A stretch of 64,000 nt of DNA from Eledone cirrhosa (lineage: Eukaryota): positions 8,742,001 to 8,806,000 of the forward strand of contig OZ024760.1 of NCBI GenBank assembly GCA_964016885.1. Direction: 5' to 3'. Every line of letters begins with the position of its first letter. The stretch's first letter is position 1. This document shows positions 39,822 to 53,512 of the stretch, in pieces. The translations under genes and the position numbers were made by a program. Below the pieces are notes generated by a model, which ran no database searches, was not told where the DNA came from, and saw only the letters and a program-made list of their open reading frames with translations.

Positions 39822-40204
39822 AGAGAGAGAGAGAGAGACAGAGAGACTGAGACAGAGAGACTGAGAGAGAGAGACTCAGAGAGAGAGAGAGACTCAGAGA
39901 GAGAGAGAGAGAGAGACTCAGAGAGAGAGAGAGACTCAGAGAGAGAGAGAGAGAGAGAGACTCAGAGAGAGAGAGAGAGAGAGATTGAGAGAGAGACTCA
40001 GAGAGACTCAGAGAGAGAGAGAGATTGAGAGAGAGAGACTCAGAGAGAGAGACTCTGAGAGAGAGAGAGAGACTCAGAGAGAGAGAGAGACTCAGAGAGA
40101 GAGACTCAGAGAGAGAGACTCAGAGAGAGAGAGAGAGAGACTCAGAGAGAGAGACTCAGAGAGAGAGACTCAGAGAGAGAAAGAGACAGAGAGAGAGAGA
40201 GACA
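39822..40204. repeat. (GA)n-CTCA array
   Basis: Direct. Confidence 0.92.
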
Positions 40205-40933
40205 GATGTTTGTGTGAAATAGTCACAAATATATTAATTTATGTGGGCCGTCTCGTAGACCAAACAACTAGATCTCTCAACACCGAAACCGACGGAAGTC
40301 CCTCCTCCCCAGCTCCCATATAATATCTATCTATCTATATATAAACTAAACGTTAAGACTATGGTACATAAGCGTCGCTTTTTTTTTAATGATGGATAAA
40401 TACAACTAACGTGGAGTGCTCCTTGCTGCCTACACCTCTTTATCAACACAGCTGTTACAAATAAACAACATGGTAATTAGCTGAAGAAAAAAGAAAAACG
40501 AACACAGACATATGCATGTATGCGTTCAAATCGTAATGGACCAGAAACGCTAAGGTGAAAAAAATACTAACTACAGACAATAGGGTTTGCTAGACCCAAT
40601 TTAAGAATAAATCAAGAAAAATAAATACAAACCAGTTTGTGGTAATATATATATAAACACATATATATATACACACATATATATATATATATATATCAAT
40701 ACTAATGTGACGAACGTGATATCTCTTCTCCCTCCATTTATTTCAATGGCTTACATTTTTAACACAATATCTTACTTTCGTCGTCTTGCTTTTTTCTATC
40801 TTTGTTTCCAACGAGACTCCCGTGTTAGAAGAGTCACCACACTTTTTTTCCCTGTGTACTTGCTTTAAATTAATATTCTAAAAAATTGCTTTTCGTTTTG
40901 CCTTGTCATCTCTTTGTTAATTTTTCCAAGTTT

Positions 40934-40977
<44 letters not shown>

Positions 40978-40990
40978 GATCTATGTAAAA

Positions 40991-41120
40991 TTTTCTGAAG
41001 ACAGCATATATATGTGTAGGTATGTATATTCCCTCTGATAGTTTGTAAAAATTTTACATAGATCTATAGGATATGCATACCAACACTAACATATATATCC
41101 TCGAAACGATCGTAAAATGA
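40991..41120 (+). ncRNA. HHR with ~100-nt stem II, C-C/palindrome class
   Basis: CTGAAGA cag-C-atatatatgt...acatatatat-C-ctc GAA ACGATCGT A AAATGA; homologue on the minus strand at 44467-44598. Confidence 0.65.
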
Positions 41121-41196
41121 TGAATTTTTTAATATAAGGAACTGTTTCTTTGTTTATTCATTATTTTATTAATTTATATATATATATATATATTTA

Positions 41197-41305
41197 ACTG
41201 TTTCTACTTTTGGCACAAGGCCACCAATTACTCAATGCATTACTGGTACTTTATTTTATCGACCCCGTAAGGATGAAAGGCAAAGTTAACCTCGGCGGGA
41301 TTTGA
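41197..41305 (-). mobile_element. 5'-truncated SINE S1
   Basis: S1 3' half. Confidence 0.85.
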
Positions 41306-41345
41306 AAATGTATAATAAACAATACAATATCGTCAGACAAGGCAA

Positions 41346-41426
41346 TTAATTGCCTTGTCTGACGAACGAATGCGGACGTTTCTTGTATTCGTCTTATTCG
41401 GGAAACCTTTGGTAATGAGGTAATTA
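41346..41426 (+). ncRNA. Complete type I hammerhead ribozyme, family F
   Basis: TAATTGCCTTGT CTGACGA stem II GAA ACC-ttt-GGT A ATGAGGTAATTA (stem I ~12 bp); lies inside nested inverted repeats 41308-41449. Confidence 0.8.
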
Positions 41427-41759
41427 TATTGTATTGTTTATTATACATTAAACATTTTCTTTAGCTCTGTTACTTACATAGAGCACTCTTCATTCCTCTG
41501 ACTTTTTCAATTTTCAACGGAAACTTCAATACTTATATATATATGTATATATATATATATTTTTTTTTTCAGAAATGTTGTGCAGATAAGTAGTTCTGTC
41601 CAATGTGTGACCGATATCAAAATTTCAGCTTGATTACTTCGAAGTCACAGCAAATTTTTACACAAATACATTTTTACAATCTACATGTATTGAGTGCTTA
41701 TTCAGTTCATATATTTTTTTTTTAAGTACGAGAGTACTTTAAACACCAATTGTAATATA

Positions 41760-42125
41760 CGTGTGTGTGTTCGTGCGAGCGAGCGAGCGTGCGTGTGAGT
41801 GCGTGCGTGTGAGTGAGTGAGTGAGTGAGTGTGTGAGTGCGTGTGAGTGAGTGCGTGTGAGTGAGTGCGTGTGAGTGAGTGAGTGCGTGTGAGTGCATGT
41901 GAGTGCGTGTGAGTGAGTGCATGTGAGTGTGTGTGTGAGTGTGTGTGTGAGTGTGTGTGTGTGAGTGAGTGCGTGTGAGTGAGTGAGTGCGTGTGTGTGT
42001 GTGAGTGCGTGTGAGTGAGTGAGTGCGTGTGAGTGAGTGCGTGTGAGTGAGTGCGTGAGTGCATGTGAGTGCGTGTGTGTGAGTGCATGTGAGTGTGTGT
42101 GTGAGTGCATGTGTGTGAGTGAGTG
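41760..42125. repeat. (GTGA/GTGC)n array
   Basis: Direct. Confidence 0.92.
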
Positions 42126-42259
42126 TATTAAGCACGTCTATTGTTAGTCACTGTCTCAACAACAGTACAACAGAGCAAAGGTTGCACGTTTCTGATAACG
42201 TAAACGGAAGCAGCGATATATTTATGACGTCACTGACCCTCTCAAGCATGTAGGCAATA

Positions 42260-42915
42260 GTGTGACATGAAAGTTAATTAACGCTTCTGTAACCAATGAA
42301 GTGTGACATGACAGCTAATTTAACCCTTCTGTAACCAATGAAGTGTGACACGACAGCTAATTTAACCCTTTTGTAACCAATGAAGTGTGACATGACTTAA
42401 TTAACCCTTTTGTAACCAATGAAGTGTGACATGACGACTTAATTAACCGTTCTGTAACCAATGAAGTGTGACATGACGACTTAATTAACCCTTCTGTAAC
42501 CAATGAAGGGTGACATGACGGCTTAATTAACCCTTCTGTAACCAATGAAGTGTGACATGACGGCTTAATTAACCCTTCTGTAACCAATGAAGGGTGACAT
42601 GACGGCTTAATTGACCCTTTTATAACCAATGAAGTGTGACATGACGGCTTAATTAACCCTTCTGTAACCAATGAAGTGTGACATGATGGCTAAACTCTCC
42701 TGTAACCAATGGGATGTGACAGGGGGGGTTAAATTAACCCTTCTGTAACCAATGGAGTGTGACATGACGGCTGAATAAACCCTTCTGTAACCAATGAAGT
42801 GTGACATGACGGCTAAATTAACCTTTTGTATCTAATGAGATGTCACATGGTGGTATATTTAACCCTTCTGTAACCAATGGGGTGTGAAATGATGGCTAAA
42901 CCCTTCTGTGACCAA
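42260..42915. repeat. 42-bp minisatellite (TTAATTAACCCTTCTGTAACCAATGAAGTGTGACATGACGGC)
   Basis: About 15 units. Confidence 0.95.
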
Positions 42916-43158
42916 CGAGTTATGAAGTGACGATTACATTAACCTTTCCCTGTGTGTGTGTCTTTTTCTGTATGTGTGTATGTATGTATAAGTGTGTGCA
43001 TGCGTGTGTATAAGTGTGCGTATATATGTATGTGTGTTTATGTCCCAGTGCGATATAAAGGAAATGAGATAGAAGATAAGTTGTGGGTTGATGGGATAGA
43101 CTAAATCAAGGCGATGCCCCAGTATGACCACAGTCTGAAACACAGAATACACACACAC

Positions 43159-43190
<32 letters not shown>

Positions 43191-43195
<5 letters not shown>

Positions 43196-43536
43196 AAGCG
43201 TAAAGACCCCCTTCGGTCATGGATGAACATGGGATTTGCATCTAGAAGGGTCCCCTCCGAGACAAGTCCGGGCAAGGTTGTTTGTGGAAGACCAGCAGTC
43301 GCCCATACATACCGGCCTCTCCTCTCCACGCAACCAATGATGTCCAAGAGAAAGGCAATGGTCAATACAGCCTGGCACCAGTGACGTCACAACTGGTTTC
43401 TACAGCTGAGTAGACTGGAGCAACATGAAATAAAGTGTCTTGCTCAAGGACACAACGCAAAACGCGGTCTGAGAATTGAACTCACAACCTCCCGATTGGA
43501 AGCCCGATGCTCTAACCACTAAGCCACGTGCCTTCA
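43191..43536 (-). mobile_element. Full-length SINE S2 (tRNA head, core, long 3' tail)
   Basis: Minus strand GGCACGTGGCTTAGTGGTTAG..GTTCAATTC..GTCCTTGAGCAAGACACTT..; tail ends in TTTACCC. Confidence 0.85.
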
Positions 43537-43737
43537 CATATATGTATAAATAGGGGGTTGTCTGCGCATTGAAGAGGTTGGTATCTTGTCCCTATAATTG
43601 CTCTTTCCTCGCGTGAGATTTTAAATGACTTTTGACCCCTGAAAGAGAAACGGGCATTTGCTTTATGAACATCATGTTTGTCCGTTCCCTTGTCGCTTCA
43701 ATTTTGGATTACATCATGATTGTAACCTTATGTAAGA

Positions 43738-43815
43738 AGCTGCCCGATGAGATCACGGCACTCGGTACTACACGGAATCACGTGGCCACTCATCATCGAA
43801 ATATGTACCACAGCC
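43738..43815 (+). ncRNA. Degenerate HHR, C-C/palindrome class
   Basis: GCTGC CCGATGA gat-C-a...t-C-atc GAA ATATGTAC C ACAGC. Confidence 0.5.
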
Positions 43816-43937
43816 TTATCAGTGAAGTACTTTAACATTTAAACTACTTTGTATTTCCTTCTTCTAAAAATACTTCGCCATTCCTACGTGGATAAATGTA
43901 CGTTAAGTTCTTGAATTGAATTACATAACTGTTTATC

Positions 43938-44016
<79 letters not shown>

Positions 44017-44020
<4 letters not shown>

Positions 44021-44373
44021 GAACAAGTATGACCCCGACGGCAGAGCTCAAGCCGTTTCGACGGCTAATTCTGGACGAATGTTGGAAGCTCCCGGATAGT
44101 CACTATCCGGGAGCTTCCAACAGTAATGGTTGCATTTTTTAAGGGTATGTCAATATTTATTTATAAAACTGATCTATATTATATTTTGTCTGATGAAAGC
44201 ACACCATAATTTAACTTGGTGTCCTTGAAATATGTATAATGAAATAAATATGGTTTTATAAATATAGTTTCCATTTGCTAATATCGTATGTTTACTCCAG
44301 ATACTTGTTGAATGCTTTATATCAGTTATAAAAATATTTGCTTGTTGTATCCCAACAATTTAAATAGAACTTT

Positions 44374-44376
<3 letters not shown>
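44017..44376. mobile_element. Composite of an inverted family-A piece, a perfect hairpin (44080-44122) and a family-B HHR element between (TA)n tracts
   Basis: TGTTGGAAGCTCCCGGATAGT-C-ACTATCCGGGAGCTTCCAACA; HHR at 44182-44246. Confidence 0.75.
44182..44246 (+). ncRNA. Type I hammerhead ribozyme, C-C/palindrome class
   Basis: TATTTTGT CTGATGA aag-C-acacca..tggtgt-C-ctt GAA ATATGTAT A ATGAAATA. Confidence 0.82.
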
Positions 44377-44414
<38 letters not shown>

Positions 44415-44627
44415 CATAAAAACAATGAATAAAAACAAAGAAAAAGTTCCTTATATTAAAAAATTCATCATTTTACGATCGTTTCTAGGATATATATGTG
44501 TGTTGGTATGTACATCATATAGATCTATGTAAAAATATTACAAACTATCAGAGGAAATATACATACCTTCACATATATATGCCGTCTTCGCAAATAATAT
44601 ATAACGCTTGATATAGTAGGAAAAGAG

Positions 44628-44663
44628 TTTTAACGTTTCGGACACAAGTCATTCGTCAGAAGA
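44628..44663 (-). ncRNA. Minimal HHR, family C
   Basis: Minus strand TCTT CTGACGA atGACttgtGTCc GAA ACGT T AAAA. Confidence 0.62.
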
Positions 44664-45162
44664 TAGGCCGAGAAATTAAATAGAAAATAGAAAGAGAGTG
44701 AGATAGAGAGTGAGATAGAGAATGAGAAGAGGAAGGAATGTAAGATAATTTGACAAAAAATCCCATGTGTATACAGTCAGCCATTTTGAAGATCATAACA
44801 TACACACAGAATGAACCTCAGAAGAGGGGTGAGTAAAGGTTGGCAGGTAAGTGTATAAGAATTACCCTCAAATCTAGTCCTATGGCAGTCCTCGAACTAC
44901 AGATTAACCACGGGGGACACGCCACCAATTTCATAGACACACTTCAGAAAGACACCAGATTGAAGACCGTCTGGGCAATATGAACATTGATGGTGGTATC
45001 AAGATTAAGAATATCTGAGGTGAATTTACACATACATACATACATATACACGGTTATATACATAACCAAGGCATAGTATATACATAACCAATTACATCTG
45101 ATGAGAAAAATTGATCTCTTTTGCATGGAAATGACATTGAGAGTGGTTTAATCCCCCGAGGC

Positions 45163-45209
<47 letters not shown>

Positions 45210-45469
45210 ACACACACGCACACGTTCAGCCCTCTACACATTCATGTAATGGCCATTGTTTATACAATAATGATATTTACTGCAAATAAAGGGAGACAAT
45301 AATGGCCTCTGACCTACTCTTTCTCCTCCTCCACATACCACCACCACCACCATCATCATCATCACCACCACTAAAACTATAGGGACGTAACTATATGCCG
45401 CAGAGCATGTCTGAAGTTCAACCGATACTGTCAATCATCCACAATATATAATATTGAACAACACATACA

Positions 45470-45497
45470 TACACTTATTTATATATACATACATATT

Positions 45498-45533
<36 letters not shown>

Positions 45534-45693
45534 CATATTTAAATATATATATATATACATACATACATATTTAAATATATATATATACATACATACATAT
45601 TTAAATATATATATATACATACATACATATTTAAATATATATATATATACATACATATTTAAATATATATATATATATATATATACATACATT

Positions 45694-45729
<36 letters not shown>

Positions 45730-45739
45730 CATACATATT

Positions 45740-45789
<50 letters not shown>

Positions 45790-46061
45790 CATACATATTT
45801 AAATATATATATACATATATACATATATAATTTTCCCCAAACTAAGCCAACAATTCAAATTATAGAGATTATATAACCAGTAGTAGTAGTAGTAGTGGTG
45901 GTGGTTGTATGGTGGTGGTAGTAGTGGCGGTGGTGGTGGTGGTAGTAGTGGTGGTGGTGGTATGGTGGTAGTAGTAGTAGTGGTGGTGGTGGTGGTAGTG
46001 GTGGTGGTGGTAGTGGTGGTTGTATGGTAGTAGTAGTAGTGGTGGTGGTGGTTGTATGGTG

Positions 46062-46093
<32 letters not shown>

Positions 46094-46575
46094 GGTGGTA
46101 GTGGTGGTAGTGGTGGTGGTGATGGTGGTGGTGGTATGGTGGTAGTAAAATTAAATGATAGTTGTATCACCATCACTACTACTACCACCACCACAAGCAC
46201 TACACTAATACTACGTCCACTACCATCACAACTACCACCAACGCCGCCATCACCACTAACACCACAACCATCGCAACTAGCACTACCACCACCACTACTA
46301 GCTCTACTACAACCATCACAACGAGAACTAGCACCAGCACTAATACAACAGCCACCACCACCACCAATACCACTACCACTACCACCACCACCACCAATAC
46401 CACTACCACTAATACCATAATATTTAACAAAAATGGTAATACTATTGACAACGATAATGATGATATTGGTGGTGGTGATGGTGATTATGATGGTGATGAT
46501 GACGATGGTGATGATGTTGGTGATGATGATGTTGGTGATGATGATGATGTTGGTGATGATGATGATGATGATGAT
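45470..46575. repeat. (TA)n-ACATATTTAAA units, then (GGT/AGT)n, (ACC/ACT)n and (GAT)n arrays
   Basis: Direct. Confidence 0.9.
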
Positions 46576-46659
46576 GTGCTGAGCAATGGAGGTTTGCTGC
46601 GGGGCTTGAAATTTTAGAAGTGGGAACAGAATTAATGGTTTGGTAAATATCAGAGGTGA

Positions 46660-46696
46660 GTGAGAGGAGAGATGGAGAGAGACAGGGAGATGGAGA

Positions 46697-46735
<39 letters not shown>

Positions 46736-48135
46736 AGAGAGAGAGAGATGGAGAGAGAGAGAGAGAGATGGAGAGAGAGAGAGAGAGATGGAGAGAGAGA
46801 GATGGAGAGAGAGAGAGAGAGAGATGGAGAGAGCGAGAGAGAGAGAGAGCGAGAGAGAGAGAATGGGAAAGGCGAAAACTGTTAAATATGTATAACTATA
46901 TTCATGTATACATCAAACATGTATATACACACATATATACACACATATACATATACATATATACACATATATACATATACACACATATACATATACATAT
47001 ATACACATATATACATATACACACATATACATATACATATATACACATATATATATACACATATACAAATATACACATATACATATACACATACATATAC
47101 ACATACACATTGTATATGTATATGTATATACACATACATATACACATATATACATACACATACATATATACATTGTATATGTATATGTATATACACATAC
47201 ATATACACATATATACATACACATACATATACATATATACATTGTATATGTATATGTATATACATTGTATATGTATATGTATATACACATACATATACAC
47301 ATATATACATACACATATATATACATATATACATTGTATATGTATATGTATATACACATACATATACACATATATACATACACATATATATACCTATACA
47401 TACACACACACACGCATATATATATATACATACACACACACATATATACACACACATACATATATACACACACATACATATATACACACACATACATATA
47501 CATACACACATACATATACATACACACACATACATACACACACATACATACACACACATACATACACACACACACACACACACATATATACATACACATA
47601 TATACATATACACACACACACATATATATATACACACACATATATATATACACACACATATATATATACACACACATATATATATACACACACATATATA
47701 TATACACACACATATATATATACACACACATATATATATACACACACATATATATATACACACACATATATATACACACACACATATATATACATACACA
47801 CATATATATACATACACATATATATATACATACACATATATATATACATACACATATATATATACATACACATATATATATACATACACATATATATATA
47901 CATACACATATACATACACATATACATACACATATATATATACATACACATACATATATATATACACATACATATATATATACACATACATATACATATA
48001 TATATATATCCATATATATATATATATACATATATACATATACATACATATACACATATATATATATACATATATACACACATACACATATACATATACA
48101 CACACACACACATATATATATACATACATACATAG
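46660..48135. repeat. (GA)n-TG and (TA/CA) compound microsatellites
   Basis: Direct. Confidence 0.95.
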
Positions 48136-48789
48136 ATATTTTATGTATATATACATAGATATCATTTTACTATATATACCAGCGGTTTCAACAATCTGGA
48201 ATGACCTCAAAGGTGATGGTCACAGTTATGTCAACCCAGTGTCGCTTATGAAAACCCCCTACCGCAGAAAATATGGTGGGGTGGGGGCTGGGGTTAGTAA
48301 ATCCTAAATACCGATCAAAGATTTTATGAAATAAACCCTCCCCCACGAGACCCGACATTGTCAACTTAGATTAAAACATTATAATCACCGTTGTCAGAGT
48401 GAGTTGTAACGAAAGGTAGAGAAAGTTACCTGAGAAACATAGCGTCTCTACAGCTTGATTACAAGTTCCTACCACATACCTGTAATTATTGGTAAAAACC
48501 TTGTGATCTTCAGACTGTTGGTGCTTTCCAGGTGGGAAAGAAACGCACGCAATACACAGAGTTGATGAAATTGAGACGTGGAGGAGGTGGAGTGGTGGGG
48601 GTGGAGGAGGTGGAGTGGTGGGGGTGGAGGTGGTGGGGGATAGGGGTGGGTGGGGATAAATTAAACAAAGAAAAAGAAGACAAGGAGGCAGAAGAAAAAG
48701 ACAAAGAAGAAAAGGAAGAATGCAAAGAAAAAAGACGAAAAAGAGAGTAAAAAGAAAAAAAATATATACGAGTTGGAAAATATTTAGTG

Positions 48790-49075
48790 TGACATGTGGC
48801 GAGGGAACTAGCTGGAACATGCTACATGTGTTACATGTGGCGAGTGAACTAGCTGGATCATGCTACATGTGTTACATGTGACGAGCGAACTAGCTGGATC
48901 GTGCTACACATGTTACATGTAGCGAGTGCACTAACTGGAACATGCTACATGTGTTACATGTGGCGAGTGAACTAGCTGGAACATGCTACATGTATTACAT
49001 GTGACGAGTGAACTAGCTGGATCGTGCTACATGTGTTACATGTAGCGAGTGCACTAACTGGAACATGCTACATGT
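48790..49075. repeat. 41-bp minisatellite (TTACATGTGGCGAGTGAACTAGCTGGAACATGCTACATGTG)
   Basis: 7 units with a 3-unit higher-order period. Confidence 0.92.
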
Positions 49076-49157
49076 AAATGTTGAATTAGCTACAGCATGC
49101 TACATACTGTACTGATTGTGTTGTTATTTCTGCTTACCTACCTACATATATATATAT

Positions 49158-49215
49158 AAATGGCTTCTACAGGACTAGAACTGTTTCATTGGGGGAAATC
49201 ACCAGGAAGCCATTT
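49158..49215 (-). ncRNA. HHR motif, family D (core CUGGUGA)
   Basis: Minus strand AAATGGCTTC CTGGTGA .. GAA ACAG-ttctagtc-CTGT A GAAGCCATTT. Confidence 0.62.
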
Positions 49216-49459
49216 CTATATTAAATATTTATACTCTGCTGTGTATTGAGTACCTTATTTACTGTGGTTACCCCCGATTGAACCCGGGATAAACACACAC
49301 ACACACACATATATATAATGGCTGTTTACACACTATCGTGTAGGACAACCTATAACGCCCTCCCATCCCTTTAAACATTGTCCCGCCTCATTTACCTGTG
49401 TGTATGTCTATACAAAAATATTGGTACATACATATGTATGTAAACATATTTGTATATAG

Positions 49460-50464
<1,005 letters not shown>

Positions 50465-50599
50465 CGAGATCTTCGAACATCTATAATACACACACACACA
50501 CACATACATATATACACATATATACATAGAAACACACACTACTAACGTAGAGTGTAAATAAGAGAAAAATGGTGTTTTCTGACACAGATGTATTTAACT

Positions 50600-51715
50600 T
50601 GAGAGACATGTGGGGTTCATGTCACAGTTGAATGGTTAACAGATAACGTCAGCCACACCACCAAACATGTGAGATTTATGTCACTTTTGAGGGGCTCACA
50701 ACTATCTTCAGTCACACATGTGGGATTTGTCTTGCCACAATTGAGTGGTTAATAAATAACGCCAGTCAGACATCACCTAACATGTGGGATTTATGTTGTC
50801 ACAGTTAAGTGGTCAATAAACAACGCCAGTCAGACATCACCTAACATGTGGGATTTATGTTGTCACAGTTGAGTGGTCAATAAATAACGCTAGTCAGACA
50901 TCACCTAACATGTGGGATTTATGTTGACACAATTGAGTGGTCAATAAACAACGCAAGTCAGACATCACCTAACATGTGGGATTTATGTTGTCACAGTTAA
51001 GTGGTCAATAAACAACGCCCGTCAGACATCACCTAACATGTGGGATTTATGTTGTCACAGTTGAGTGGTCAATAAATAACGCTAGTCAGACATCACCTAA
51101 CATGTGGGATTTATGTTGACACAATTGAGTGGTCAATAAACAACGCAAGTCAGACATCACCTAACATGTGGGATTTATGTTGTCACAGTTGAGTGGTCAA
51201 TAAACAACGCCAGTCAGACATCACCTAACATGTGGGATTTATGTTGTCACAGTTGAGTGGTCAATAAACAACGCCAGTCAGACATCACCTAACATGTGGG
51301 ATTTATGTTGTCACAGTTAAGGTCAATAAACAACGCCAGTCAGACATCACATAACATGTGGTATTTATGTTGTCACAGTTGAGTGGTCAATAAACGCCAG
51401 TCAGACATCACCTAACATGTGGGATTTATGTTGTCACAGTTGAGTGGTCAATAAACAACGCCAGTCAGACATCACCTAACATGTGGGATTTATGTTGTCA
51501 CAGTTAAGTGGTCAATAAACAACGGCAGTCAGACATCACCTAACATGTGGGATTTATGTTGTCACAGTTGAGTGGTCGATAAACAACGCCAGTCAGACAT
51601 CACATAACATGTGGGATTTATGTTGTCACAGTTGAGTGGTCAATAAACAACGCCAGTCAGACATCACCTAACATGTGGGATTTATGTTGTCACAGTTGGG
51701 TGGTTAATAAATAAC
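50600..51715. repeat. 64-bp minisatellite (CAGACATCACCTAACATGTGGGATTTATGTTGTCACAGTTGAGTGGTCAATAAACAACGCCAGT)
   Basis: About 15 units; 50831 to 51151 is exactly 5 x 64; the last unit is split by SINEs and resumes at ~52093. Confidence 0.95.
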
Positions 51716-52092
51716 TGTTTCTACTTTTGGCACAAGGCCAGCAATTATCCCAGTGCATTACTGGTACTTTATTTTATCGAGCCCGTAAGGATGAAAAGCA
51801 AAGTTAACCTCGACAGTATTTGAACTCAGAACATAAAGGGCCGTAACTCTTTGCTGCAAAGCATGGTGTCCGACCCTCTACCAATACTGCCAAACCACCC
51901 GCCCCTGGTTAATAAATAATTGTTTCTACTTTTGGCACAAGGCCAGCAATTACCCAGTGCCTTACTGGTACTTTATTTTATCGACCCCGTAAGTTAACCT
52001 CGGCGGGATTTGAACTCAGATCGTAAAGGGACGTAACTATGCTGGAAAGCATGGCGTCCGACCCTCTACTGATACTGCCAATCCACCGCCCC
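51713..52092 (-). mobile_element. Two tandem full-length S1 SINEs of different subtypes
   Basis: 51713-51905 and 51915-52092; flank TGGTTA(A/C)TAAATAA occurs three times. Confidence 0.92.
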
Positions 52093-52257
52093 TGGTTACT
52101 AAATAATGCCAGTTACACATCACCTAACATTTGGGGTTCCGGTTGTTCCAACATTCTCCTTTTACTGTTAGGACAAAACCACTTCCGACTTCCTTCCTCG
52201 TTTAAAATAATCTACAATCAGTCTGCACTCCTGACACACACACACACACACACATAC

Positions 52258-52294
<37 letters not shown>

Positions 52295-52312
52295 CGTTCG
52301 TCAGACAAGGCA

Positions 52313-52391
52313 AATTGCCTTGTCTGACGAACGAATGCAGACGTTTCTTGTATTCGTATTATTCGGGAAACCTCTGGTAATGAGGTAATTA
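52313..52391 (+). ncRNA. Complete type I HHR, family F, with 5' fold-back
   Basis: AATTGCCTTGT CTGACGA .. GAA ACC-tct-GGT A ATGAGGTAATT; 52293-52312 is an inverted copy of the HHR start; (TA)n on both sides. Confidence 0.8.
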
Positions 52392-52482
52392 TATTGTATT
52401 GTTTATTATACATTATATATATATATATATGTATATATATAAGTAGTTCTTTGATTTGTGGTCTTCCTGGTCCCCGTACCGC

Positions 52483-52521
<39 letters not shown>

Positions 52522-52619
52522 TTTTATTTATTAAAATAACAGATTTATCCTTAACGAGCCCTCTTTGCATTTTAGTCTTCACATTTATTATTATTACTAT
52601 ATATATTACTATATATATT

Positions 52620-52809
52620 CGGTGGATTGGCAGTATCGGTAGAGGGTCGGACGCCATGCTTTGACGCATAGAGTTACGGCCCTTGCCATTCTGAGTTCAA
52701 ATCCCGCCAAGGTTAACTTTGCCTTTCATCCTTACGGTGTCGATAAAATAAAGTACCAGTAATGCACTGGGTAATTGCTGGCCTTGTGCCTAAAGTAGAA
52801 ACAATTATT
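52620..52809 (+). mobile_element. Full-length SINE S1
   Basis: A and B boxes, body, ATT tail. Confidence 0.93.
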
Positions 52810-52978
52810 ACTATATATATATATATAAATAAGTGGCAATAAGAATTGCAGATTTTGTAAACTTTATTTCATATTACAATTTTTATATCCATCAGCTCAG
52901 GCTTGAGCATGCAATCGGATGCCGACTCTTAAACGACACTTCTTCAGATATGAAGAGTTTACATGGGTGGTCCCATCC

Positions 52979-53007
<29 letters not shown>

Positions 53008-53009
<2 letters not shown>

Positions 53010-53454
53010 CAATATTAAATAAATGGAAAACTATATTTATAAAACTATATCTATTTCATTATATATATTTCGGGGATATCATATTAACAATATGTTATGC
53101 CTTCATCAAACAAAATACAATATAAACAGTTTTATAGATAAATATATTCGACATACCGTAATAAACATCAACTTCATTTGAAGAGGTTTACTCTAGCAGA
53201 ATGAAGTTGATGTTTATTACGGTATGTCGAATATATTTATCTATAAAACTGTTTATATTGTATTTTGTCTGATGAAGGCATAACATATTGTTAATATGAT
53301 ATCCCCGAAATATATATAATGAAATAGATATGGTTTTATAAATATAGTTTTCCATTTATTTAATATTGTAAATATACTCCAAATATTTGTCGAGTGCTTT
53401 TATATCAGTTATAAATATTTACTAGTTGTAACCCAACAATTTTAAATATAACTT

Positions 53455-53460
<6 letters not shown>
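53008..53460. mobile_element. Palindromic family-B element (arms 53008-53178 / 53199-53370) with an HHR in each arm
   Basis: Near-perfect ~170-bp arms; + HHR at 53261-53326 is intact, - HHR at 53044-53117 has core UUGAUGA; (TA)n on both sides. Confidence 0.9.

Positions 53461-53507
<47 letters not shown>

Positions 53508-53512
<5 letters not shown>

Noticed and set aside
48430-48520. Minus-strand exon candidate (YVVGTCNQAVETLCFS)
   Set aside because: Donor-like sites exist but the acceptor is ambiguous and the peptide is unrecognised
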